Positions 40,966 through 49,113 of a DNA stretch of 64,000 nt are shown here, in pieces. The notes beneath the pieces were generated by a model. The model searched no databases and had not been told where the DNA came from. It was given only the letters and a program-made list of their open reading frames with translations. Made by a program: the position numbers and the translations under genes. The stretch is from an uncultured delta proteobacterium (GTDB lineage: Bacteria > Desulfobacterota > Binatia > UBA9968), in the NCBI GenBank assembly GCA_963745835.1, contig CAVUZH010000013.1, forward strand, positions 854,926-918,925, written 5' to 3'. Numbering within the stretch: the stretch's first letter is position 1; each line of letters opens with the position of its first letter.

Positions 40966-42945
40966 GTGAATTCTATGGTGCCAACTATTTTTCCGCGCAG
41001 CGGCTACATAAAGGGGCTCCTCGGCGCCGCCCTTCTGCTGCTCTTGGCGCCTGGCCCTGCTTTGTGGGCAGCGGACGAGGCGAAAAGAGTCGTCGCTCTG
41101 ATCGACTATATCGGCGGCGATTATCGAAACGCGGTGCAAGGCGGGAAAATCGTAAACCCTGACGAGTACCAGGAAATGAGCGAGTTCGCGGCTCGCAGCC
41201 TGGAACTTTTCCGCCAGCTCCAGTCCGCCGAAGGCGACAAGGCGGGTATTCAAAAAGAACTCAACGCACTGGCGGCTCACATCAAAAACAAAACCGGCGA
41301 CGATGCCGTTCCTGAGCTGGCGCAGCAAATTAAAGATCGCCTAATCAAAACGTACAACATTGTCACTTATCCGAAAGCACTACCCAACTACCCCAGCGCA
41401 AGGGCGATTTACCTGGAGAATTGCGCTCAATGTCACGGCGACAGCGGCAAAGGAGACGGGCTCGGCCGCGAGTCGATGAATCCGAAAACACCGCCGCCGG
41501 CCAATTTTACCGACGCGGAATTCATGGCCGGACTCTCGCCGTTCAAAGTCTATAACACCACCACTTTCGGCATCGACAATACGGCGATGGCGTCTTTCGC
41601 GGCGCTGCCAGACGATCAGCGCTGGCAATTGGCCTTCTACGTAATGGCGCTGCGGTTTTCCGCCGAAGCGGCCAGTACCGGAGAGGCATGGCTGAAAGGC
41701 AAGACTCCGCCGGCCGATCTCACCAGCATAGCGACACTGGCAACTTCGTCCGACGACGAGCTTGCGGGGAAAATCAAGAAGAGTCTTCCCGGCGCACCCG
41801 TGAAGGAGGTGCTCGCCTATCTCAGGCGCGGCCTTTTGGAGAAGACATCCAACGATCCGCTGCTGATCGCCCGCACCCTTCTCGGCGAAGCCGCAACGAT
41901 CTACAGCCAGGGCGACAAGGAGAAGGCCTATCAAAAAGCGATCGAGGCCTACCTCGACGGCTTTGAAATGGCCGAGCCGGCGCTCTTCGCCAAGGACGCG
42001 GCTCTGGGACGATCTCTCGAGGCCCAGTTCACGCAATTTCGCAATTCGATTCGCCAGGGAGTTTCCAACGAGGAGATTCAAAACCAGCGCTTGGCGATCG
42101 AGACGAGGCTTGACCAAGCGGCGCAGATGCTGGGCGAGACCAACGACTTCGCCGGTTACTATGCTTTTCTCAATTCAGCGCTGATCATCTTGCGCGAGGG
42201 CCTCGAGGCGGCGCTGATCCTCGCCGCCATCATGGCGATGCTCAGAGTCATGGGCGCGGCGCATGCCGTCCGCTACATCCATTTCGGCTGGATCCTCGCG
42301 CTTGGCGCCGGGGTGGTGACCTGGCTCGCCGCCCAGACGGTGCTCACGTTCAGCGGCCAGCATCGCGAAAGCATGGAGGGCTTCATCTCAATTTTTGCCG
42401 CGGCGGCGCTCTTCTACGTCGGCTACTGGCTGCACACGCGCAGCGAAGCCAGGCGCTGGCAGTCGTTCATTCAGGACAGAGTTCAAAACGTCCTATCGAG
42501 CAAACGCATCCTTGGCCTTGTCGGCATTTCCTTTTTCGCCGTGTATAGGGAAGCCTTCGAAGTAGTGCTGTTCTATCAGGCGCTGTGGCTGCAGAACGCG
42601 GAGAGCCACCAAGCGATCATCGGTGGCTTTCTCGCCGGTGTTGTTGCGTTGCTGGTGGCTACCTTCGCAATCATCAAACTCGGAGTGCGGATCCCACTTA
42701 AATACTTCTTCGGTATCACCGGCACTTTGCTTTACATCATGGCTTTCATCTTTGCCGGCACCGGAATCAACCAGCTGCAGGCAGCAGGCTGGGTGCCCGC
42801 AACTCCCTTGGAATTTCCACCGGCGGTGCCGCTGTTGGGAATTTATCCGACGATGGAGACCTTGGCGGTGCAGGCTTTATTGCTCTGCGCCTTCATCGCG
42901 ACTTCATTTTGGATGGGCCACGAACGAAAAAAGGCGCTTGCGTAG
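40966..42945 (+). CDS. cytochrome c / FTR1 iron permease fusion (PbrT-like)
   Basis: DYIGGDY..AV, CAQCHG heme motif, AYLDGFE..E, two RExxE motifs (REGLE, REAFE). Confidence 0.9.
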   Translation: MNSMVPTIFPRSGYIKGLLGAALLLLLAPGPALWAADEAKRVVALIDYIGGDYRNAVQGGKIVNPDEYQEMSEFAARSLELFRQLQSAEGDKAGIQKELNALAAHIKNKTGDDAVPELAQQIKDRLIKTYNIVTYPKALPNYPSARAIYLENCAQCHGDSGKGDGLGRESMNPKTPPPANFTDAEFMAGLSPFKVYNTTTFGIDNTAMASFAALPDDQRWQLAFYVMALRFSAEAASTGEAWLKGKTPPADLTSIATLATSSDDELAGKIKKSLPGAPVKEVLAYLRRGLLEKTSNDPLLIARTLLGEAATIYSQGDKEKAYQKAIEAYLDGFEMAEPALFAKDAALGRSLEAQFTQFRNSIRQGVSNEEIQNQRLAIETRLDQAAQMLGETNDFAGYYAFLNSALIILREGLEAALILAAIMAMLRVMGAAHAVRYIHFGWILALGAGVVTWLAAQTVLTFSGQHRESMEGFISIFAAAALFYVGYWLHTRSEARRWQSFIQDRVQNVLSSKRILGLVGISFFAVYREAFEVVLFYQALWLQNAESHQAIIGGFLAGVVALLVATFAIIKLGVRIPLKYFFGITGTLLYIMAFIFAGTGINQLQAAGWVPATPLEFPPAVPLLGIYPTMETLAVQALLLCAFIATSFWMGHERKKALA

Positions 42946-43143
42946 ATGGCTAATCAATCTCACGAGCGTGAGCCGGCCGCACCGGCCGCTAGCGAAGATA
43001 ATGCGTTGCGCTGCCATTGCGGCAGCCTGCTAGCGCGCCTCGTGCCAGGCGGAGTCGAGGTGAAATGCCGCAGGTGCAAGCGAACAATCGTCATTGCGCT
43101 CGATGTGGAAGGCCGTGGAAGATGTTCTTCGTCGATGCCGTAA
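42946..43143 (+). CDS. small Com-like zinc-ribbon protein
   Basis: LRCHCGSLLAR....VEVKCRRCKR; ATG immediately follows the FTR1 stop. Confidence 0.72.
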   Translation: MANQSHEREPAAPAASEDNALRCHCGSLLARLVPGGVEVKCRRCKRTIVIALDVEGRGRCSSSMP

Positions 43144-43224
43144 TGCAGCTACGCTCATGAATAGCGCGAGTTTTGTATAGATTGTCTGGCGTTTATGCGT
43201 GCTCACATAAAATAATTATTCGTA

Positions 43225-43258
43225 TTGACAAACAATTTTCATTTGTATAGACGAAGAT
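43225..43258 (+). promoter_or_regulatory. iron-island promoter/operator copy 3
   Basis: TTGACAAACAATTTTCATTTGTATAGACGAAGAT; overlaps TTCGT-N4-ACAAA and TTTGT-N4-ACGAA dyads. Confidence 0.7.
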
Positions 43259-43285
43259 AATTAGCGGCCCGCGATCTTCGAATCC

Positions 43286-43336
43286 AGAGCCCGGAATTGT
43301 GCCACATGGATGGCGGCGCTCCGGGCTTTTATTTTT
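43286..43336 (+). terminator. terminator-like hairpin in the 5' leader of the TonB operon (attenuator candidate)
   Basis: AGCCCGGA(43288-95)/TCCGGGCT(43320-27) stem with inner GCCA/TGGC, followed by TTTTATTTTT, just before the GGGAGG RBS. Confidence 0.65.
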
Positions 43337-43350
43337 GCGGGAGGACACAA

Positions 43351-43563
43351 ATGCAAGGAATCAAATCACGTGAAGGAAAGTGGTCGATTTCATTGTGCAG
43401 CTGCAGCCGCGACACGGCTCATTTTCACTATGGCAACGCCATTCTGCATATCTCGCTCGACGATCTACGCGATCTCGGCATCGCCATGCAGAGCGTTGCG
43501 GAGGATGTCGCGCGCGGCGAGTCGCACAACCGCTTCGAACTCAAGAAAGGTCTGGTCCAGTAG
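43351..43563 (+). CDS. small CxC..HxH hypothetical protein
   Basis: 70 aa from ATG 43351 with GGGAGG RBS: ..ISLCSCSRDTAHFHYGNAILHISL.. Confidence 0.65.
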   Translation: MQGIKSREGKWSISLCSCSRDTAHFHYGNAILHISLDDLRDLGIAMQSVAEDVARGESHNRFELKKGLVQ

Positions 43564-43565
43564 AC

Positions 43566-44174
43566 ATGTCCGAGGTTGTCTCTGTCATTATCAAGGGCGG
43601 GATCGTGATGATTCCGCTGCTCGCTTGTTCGCTCATTTCTCTCACTCTCACCATCGAGCGATTTTTTTTCTGGACCAGAATCAAGTCCCAACGGACCCTT
43701 CAGAACATGCTCGGGCTGGCCGAAGCGGGCGAATTCGATAAAGCCATGAAGCTCGGCAAAGAATCGGCGCACCCGATCGCGCGGGTGCTCGCGGCCGGAT
43801 TGGCGCACCGCAATCCGGCTCCGGCAAAGGCCATGGAAGCGGCGGCCCAGGCGCAGATTCCTGCTCTCAAAAGCCGGCTTGGCATCCTTGATACCATTAT
43901 CACCCTGGCGCCGCTGCTTGGGCTTCTCGGAACGGTTGTCGGCATGATCGGATCTTTCGACATCATGTCCGAGGCCGGCATGGGTCAGCCCCACGCAATT
44001 ACGGGCGGCGTCGCCGAAGCGCTGATCGCCACCGCCAGCGGGCTGCTGATCGCGATTTTAACGCTGATTCCCTACAACTACTTCACTACGCGTGTCGAAA
44101 AAGAGATGGACGCTATGGAGCACTTCAGCTCATCGCTCGAGTTGCTGCTGCACGAACAATCGGGGAAACACTGA
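43566..44174 (+). CDS. exbB: MotA/TolQ/ExbB proton channel
   Basis: GGIVMIPL, APLLGLLGTV.GMI.SF, GVAEALIATA.GL; start MSEVV 43566. Confidence 0.9.
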   Translation: MSEVVSVIIKGGIVMIPLLACSLISLTLTIERFFFWTRIKSQRTLQNMLGLAEAGEFDKAMKLGKESAHPIARVLAAGLAHRNPAPAKAMEAAAQAQIPALKSRLGILDTIITLAPLLGLLGTVVGMIGSFDIMSEAGMGQPHAITGGVAEALIATASGLLIAILTLIPYNYFTTRVEKEMDAMEHFSSSLELLLHEQSGKH

Positions 44175-44587
44175 TGCGAATTCAAAGACGCAATCCCAAG
44201 AAGGCGCGCATCGAGATCATCCCGATGATCGACACGATATTTTTTCTGCTGGTCTTCTTCATGATCTCTACCTTATCGATGGCCCAGTACCGCGGCATGC
44301 CAGTCAATCTGCCCAAGGCCGCGTCAGGCCAGCAAGCCCCGGCCGAGAGCGCTGCCATCACGATCGACAAGGAGTCGAGAATTTTTCTTAACAAAGAGGA
44401 GGTTGACCAAGCCGCGCTCGGCGATTTGCTGCGCCAACACCTCGAGCAGAACTCCGATCTGCTGGTCGTCATCAACGCCGACGACGGTGTCGAGCATGGC
44501 CGTGTGGTGGAAGTCATGGACATCGCCCGTGCCGCCAACGTGGCGAAGATGGCGATCGCGGTGAAACCCAAGGAGCAGAAAAGATGA
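44174..44587 (+). CDS. exbD: biopolymer transport protein ExbD
   Basis: IEIIPMID..F.LL.FFM, VNLPKA, INAD..V.HG.VV.VMD. Confidence 0.9.
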   Translation: MRIQRRNPKKARIEIIPMIDTIFFLLVFFMISTLSMAQYRGMPVNLPKAASGQQAPAESAAITIDKESRIFLNKEEVDQAALGDLLRQHLEQNSDLLVVINADDGVEHGRVVEVMDIARAANVAKMAIAVKPKEQKR

Positions 44588-45432
44588 ATGAGCGCTGGCT
44601 GATTCCATCCTTTGCGGCGTCGTCTCTACTTCATTTGGGACTGATTCCACTCGCCGCCCTTATCCTGCACACCAAGCCGATCAAGCCGGTTACCGTACCA
44701 ATTGAGCTGATCGACGTGTCGCGCGTGGAACCACCAAAAAAGATTGAAGTTGCGCCGCCGCCTCCCCCGCCACCGGCGCCGAAACCAAAACCTAAACCGC
44801 GAGTCACCACGGCGCCAAAATTGTTGTCGAAGCCGGTTTTCGAAACCAGCCCGCTGCCGCCGAGCGGCAATACGAAAGAGGAGGTTACGGAGAAGCCCAA
44901 AGAAGAGCCCCAGCCGCTGGCATCGCTGCCGGAAAAAACCGGCTCGGCGCAAAGTGGCTGGAATAGTGGAACCCAGGCGGTCGAAGCCGAAGGAAGCGCT
45001 GCGGGCGCCGGTAATCTCTTCGGCGAGGGCGATGTCGGTGTGGTCCGGGGCAGCGGTGTCGAAGGCGGCGGCGGTGGAAAAGGAAACTCCGGCTTGGGTC
45101 GCGGAGCCAAAGGCAATGGCGCCGGCGGGGGCGGAACCACGTCGGGAGAAGCACTTTCGGGTCTCGCCCGGCCGCTGGGCGGCTATCAAGTCAAGCCGAG
45201 ATATCCCGAGTCGGCCCGCCGCGCGGGAGTGCAAGGCATTACGACGCTGCGCGTTCGGGTATTGGAAAACGGCCGGGTGGGCGAGGTGCTCGTCGAGCAA
45301 TCGGCGGGATTTCGCGATCTCGATACGGCGGCGATGGAAGCGGTCAAGAAATGGCTCTTCGAACCGGCACGCCGGGGCAAGGATTCGGTATCCGTCTGGG
45401 TCATGCTGCCGGTGAAGTTCGAACTGCATTAG
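44584..45432 (+). CDS. tonB: energy transducer TonB
   Basis: N-terminal S..LH TM, poly-Pro/KP linker, P.YPESARRAG.QG, AV.KW.FEPA. Confidence 0.9.
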   Translation: MNERWLIPSFAASSLLHLGLIPLAALILHTKPIKPVTVPIELIDVSRVEPPKKIEVAPPPPPPPAPKPKPKPRVTTAPKLLSKPVFETSPLPPSGNTKEEVTEKPKEEPQPLASLPEKTGSAQSGWNSGTQAVEAEGSAAGAGNLFGEGDVGVVRGSGVEGGGGGKGNSGLGRGAKGNGAGGGGTTSGEALSGLARPLGGYQVKPRYPESARRAGVQGITTLRVRVLENGRVGEVLVEQSAGFRDLDTAAMEAVKKWLFEPARRGKDSVSVWVMLPVKFELH

Positions 45433-45439
45433 TAATTCG

Positions 45440-45631
45440 ATGGCAGAAAGGCGAATGAATCTCGCTTCGCAGGCGCCTGCCGGTGCGGCGACGTTGACGG
45501 CGGGAGCAAGAAAGCTGCGGATCGAGAGCCAGCGGCTTTTTCAGGGTAACAGCGAAATTGTCATCGTGCACCACGAGGAAGAGTACCACTTGCGTATCAC
45601 CAAGAACGGCAAGCTGATTTTGACCAAGTGA
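45440..45631 (+). CDS. hemP: hemin uptake protein HemP
   Basis: S..LF.G..EI.I.H..E.Y.LRITKNGKLILTK. Confidence 0.88.
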   Translation: MAERRMNLASQAPAGAATLTAGARKLRIESQRLFQGNSEIVIVHHEEEYHLRITKNGKLILTK

Positions 45632-45701
45632 AACATCAACCAGCCAGCCAGCATATGAGACGACTCATGCCAGCCAGCGAAAAAAACAACCTGGAGGAAG
45701 C

Positions 45702-47879
45702 ATGAGTCGACAAGAAAAGCGCGCCAGCGATAGACGGTTGCGGAAGGCGCTCCGCAAGATCAGCCTGGCCGCCGGTGAGGGAGTGGGGCGTGCCGTCGCT
45801 TTTAGCTTCGCGCTGGCAAGCAATGCTTTCGCGGCGGAGCCAAAGCAGGAAGAGACTTTCAACCTGCCGCCGGTCGTCGTGCAAGATCAAAATAACCCTT
45901 ATGTACCACCCGAATCTTCACTATCGCGCATTCCCGTACCGCTGCAAGACGTGCCGCAATCGATCACTGTGGTGCCGCAGCGATTGATGCAGGAGCGCGC
46001 TGCTTCCAGTTTTCAGGACGCGTTGAGAAGTGTTCCCGGTATCAGTTTTCAGGCTGGCGAAGGTGGCGTGCAGGGCAACAACTTAACCTTGCGCGGCTAC
46101 AACGCTCGCAACGATCTTTTTCTCGACGGCGTGCGTGACCAGGGGTCGTATTTTCGCGACATCTTCAATATCGAGTCGATTGAGGTTCTGAAAGGTCCTT
46201 CTTCGCAGTATTTTGGCCGCGGCTCGACCGGCGGCGCCATCAATCAGGTCAGCAAAGTTCCCCAACTTACCCCGAGCTATGGCGGAAATTTTAGTCTTGG
46301 CAACGGCATCTATCTCCGCGGTACGGCCGACATCAACCAGCCGATCACCCCGACGATCGCTTTGCGTTTCAACCTGATGGCACACAAAGACGATATCGTC
46401 GGCAGGGATATCGCGCAGCAAGAACGGCTGGGTTTCGCTCCTTCGATTTCCTTCGGTCTCGGCACTCCAACCCAGTTGAACTTGAGCTACCTTGTTCAAG
46501 GCGAGGACAATATCCCGGACTATGGCGTACCTTACCAACCCGGAAACCCCGGAAGACCTGCTCGTGTAAAGCGTGACAATTTTTACGGCTTCGACCACGA
46601 GGATTACGAGCGAACGCTGCTCAACCTCGGAACGCTGCGGTTGGATCACCGCTTCAACGATATCTTCAGCCTACGGAACACTTTGCGATTTAGCCACAAC
46701 GACCGGGAGCACGAAGTGACGGCGCCCCGCTTCAATGCCGCGACCCCTGGGTTTTTCAACAGAAATCGGCCCAAACGAGATTTGACTGAGACAATTCTCA
46801 GCAATCAAACGGATCTCACCACCAGGTTTGACACTGTGGGCTTGCAGCATACGTTGGTTAGCGGGATCGAGTTTTCCCGAGAGACGTTGGATCGAACCAA
46901 CTATGCTTTTACCGGGATCCCCCAAGCAAACGCTACTAACCCCAATCCGCACGACAGCACCGCCGGAATCAGCCAGCGTGTTTCGGCTCGGTCGGATGGC
47001 AAAGCCTTCGGTTTCGGCATATTCAGCGCGGATCAAATCAAGCTGAATGAATATTTCGACGTCGTCGGCGGCGTTCGCTGGGATTATTTCGACACCGACT
47101 TTGACAATACTGACATCGACGCCGCGAATGTCAGCACTCGGTCCGATTTAGGCCGCACTGACAAGATGTGGAGTTATCGTGGCGGTTTGATTTTCCACCC
47201 GACCCCATTCCAGAGCTACTACTTTTCCTACGCGACAGCATTCAATCCATCCGCCGAAGCGATCCAATTGGCTGCCAATAACGAGGGGACTTCGCCCGAG
47301 AAGAACGAAACCTTTGAGCTGGGCACCAAGCTGCAGTTTTTTAACGGCGCTTTGAGCCTGCAGGGCGCTATTTTTCGAATCAACAAGACCGACGCCCGTG
47401 TAGATGATCCGGACAGCCCGACCGGACAGTTGGTTCTAGAAGGCAAGCAGCGGGTGCAAGGATTCGAGGTCGGCATCGCCGGCCGCCTACTGCCGGATCT
47501 GAACATCTTCGGCGGGTACACCTACCTCGATTCGGAATTTGTCGACTCGCCCGATCCTAACGTCGAAGGCAACAAGCTGTTGAACGTACCGGAGCACAGC
47601 GCGACGTTGTGGACCACCTACGATTTTCTTGAAAAGTGGCAGATCGGCGGCGGCCCTACGTATGTCAGCTCGCGCTACAACAACGCCGCGAACGATGCCC
47701 GGATCGAGGGGCACGTGCTCTGGGACGCGACGATCGCTTACCAACTCACGAAGAATGTTCAATTGCGTCTCAACGGGATCAATCTGACCAATGATCTGTA
47801 TTACTCCAATATCTCAGGGGGACACGTGGTTCCCGGCAACGGGCGAACTTTCATTTTAAGCACGAGTTTCAAATTCTAG
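45702..47879 (+). CDS. TonB-dependent siderophore receptor (Fiu/PiuA-like)
   Basis: PLQDVPQSITVV, LRG..FLDGVRD, IEVLKGPSS..FGRGSTGG.IN, NLTN..Y, terminal F. Confidence 0.9.
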   Translation: MSRQEKRASDRRLRKALRKISLAAGEGVGRAVAFSFALASNAFAAEPKQEETFNLPPVVVQDQNNPYVPPESSLSRIPVPLQDVPQSITVVPQRLMQERAASSFQDALRSVPGISFQAGEGGVQGNNLTLRGYNARNDLFLDGVRDQGSYFRDIFNIESIEVLKGPSSQYFGRGSTGGAINQVSKVPQLTPSYGGNFSLGNGIYLRGTADINQPITPTIALRFNLMAHKDDIVGRDIAQQERLGFAPSISFGLGTPTQLNLSYLVQGEDNIPDYGVPYQPGNPGRPARVKRDNFYGFDHEDYERTLLNLGTLRLDHRFNDIFSLRNTLRFSHNDREHEVTAPRFNAATPGFFNRNRPKRDLTETILSNQTDLTTRFDTVGLQHTLVSGIEFSRETLDRTNYAFTGIPQANATNPNPHDSTAGISQRVSARSDGKAFGFGIFSADQIKLNEYFDVVGGVRWDYFDTDFDNTDIDAANVSTRSDLGRTDKMWSYRGGLIFHPTPFQSYYFSYATAFNPSAEAIQLAANNEGTSPEKNETFELGTKLQFFNGALSLQGAIFRINKTDARVDDPDSPTGQLVLEGKQRVQGFEVGIAGRLLPDLNIFGGYTYLDSEFVDSPDPNVEGNKLLNVPEHSATLWTTYDFLEKWQIGGGPTYVSSRYNNAANDARIEGHVLWDATIAYQLTKNVQLRLNGINLTNDLYYSNISGGHVVPGNGRTFILSTSFKF

Positions 47880-47888
47880 GGATTCACG

Positions 47889-48569
47889 ATGATTGTCCAT
47901 GTTCCCAACGTCCTCAATGCAGAACAACTCGCGCGCTGCCGCGAAATCATGAAGCGCGCGAGCTGGATCGACGGCCGGGTGACAGCGGGGCATCAGTCGG
48001 CACAGGTGAAGCACAACCGGCAACTGGCGGAGAACAGTCCCGAGGCGCGCGAGCTGGGCGATCTCATCGTCGCCGCTCTGGAGCGGAACCCGCTGTTCAT
48101 CACGGCGACACTGCCGCTCCGCGTGTTTCCACCGCTTTTCAACCGATATGAAGGCGGCGAATCTTTCGGCGCCCATCTCGATAACTCGATCCGGCAGATC
48201 CCCGGCACGCTGCTGCGCGTCCGCACTGATATTTCGGCGACGCTATTTCTCAGCGCGCCGGAAGACTACGAAGGCGGCGAACTGGTGATTGACGACATCT
48301 ATGGTGAGCATGCAGTCAAACTCCCCGCCGGAGAGATGGTGGTCTACCCGGCGAGCAGCCTGCACCACGTCAAACCAGTGACGCGCGGCGTGCGTCTGGC
48401 ATCGTTTTTCTGGGTGCAGAGCATGGTGCGCGACGACGGCCATCGTACGCTGCTGTTCGATCTCGACATGGCAATCAACAAGGTCAACCAGGCGCTGCCC
48501 AATCACGGCGGTGTGGTCGAGCTGACCAACTGCTATCACAACCTGCTCCGGCGTTTCGCGGAGGTGTGA
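47889..48569 (+). CDS. piuC: PKHD-type Fe(II)/2OG hydroxylase (PiuC/YbiX)
   Basis: W.DGR.TAG.QS..VK.N.QL, PPLFNRY, HLDN, YEGGEL, SLHHV.PVTRG.R.ASFFW.QS. Confidence 0.9.
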   Translation: MIVHVPNVLNAEQLARCREIMKRASWIDGRVTAGHQSAQVKHNRQLAENSPEARELGDLIVAALERNPLFITATLPLRVFPPLFNRYEGGESFGAHLDNSIRQIPGTLLRVRTDISATLFLSAPEDYEGGELVIDDIYGEHAVKLPAGEMVVYPASSLHHVKPVTRGVRLASFFWVQSMVRDDGHRTLLFDLDMAINKVNQALPNHGGVVELTNCYHNLLRRFAEV

Positions 48570-48570
48570 C

Positions 48571-49092
48571 GTGATAAAAAAATTACCGGCGATTGCTTTT
48601 CTGCTTCTGTCCGGCTGCGCGGCCTCTGCGCCTCACGATGAAGCGGTTTCTCGCGTTTCCGTCAGCTTCGTCGAGCCGGAGAAATTCACGGACTCGCGGC
48701 GCGGCAAATTGGCGCCCACTTCTGCGGGCGTCCTGCGCGAATTGGAAAATTTTTTGATCGAAACCGGCGGACGCTATCTGCCAGCGACCACGAAACTGAG
48801 CATCCGGGTCACCGACATCGATCTCGCCGGCGACTTCGAATTATTTCGCGGACCGCAAGCGGATCAAGTGCGCATTAACAAAGGCCTGTATCCGCCGCGC
48901 ATCCTGCTCGAATTCGAAGTCATCGATGGCACCGCGGCGGTGGTGAAATCAGGCAAGCGCGACTTGACCGATATCAATTACCAAGTGCGCAACGTTTACC
49001 CGAGAGAAGACTACCTGCGATACGAAAAGGATATCTTGCGCGACTGGCTGCGCGCCGAGCTTGGCGTTTTGAGCGCCGACAACAGTAAGTGA
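48571..49092 (+). CDS. DUF3016-like lipoprotein
   Basis: LSGC lipobox; V.F.EPEKFTD, VTDIDLAG, YPPRI, LRYEK..L.DW. Confidence 0.78.
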   Translation: MIKKLPAIAFLLLSGCAASAPHDEAVSRVSVSFVEPEKFTDSRRGKLAPTSAGVLRELENFLIETGGRYLPATTKLSIRVTDIDLAGDFELFRGPQADQVRINKGLYPPRILLEFEVIDGTAAVVKSGKRDLTDINYQVRNVYPREDYLRYEKDILRDWLRAELGVLSADNSK

Positions 49093-49113
49093 CACGCAAG
49101 GAGATTGTCCAGC

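Noticed and set aside
37883-43258. Reading the shared promoter motif as a Fur box
   Set aside because: TGACAAA..TTTCA spans 16 bp rather than the 7-1-7 Fur geometry; the N4-spaced dyad and adjacent DtxR gene fit better.
44755-45150. Pro/Lys and Gly-rich low-complexity repeats
   Set aside because: Normal TonB periplasmic linker.
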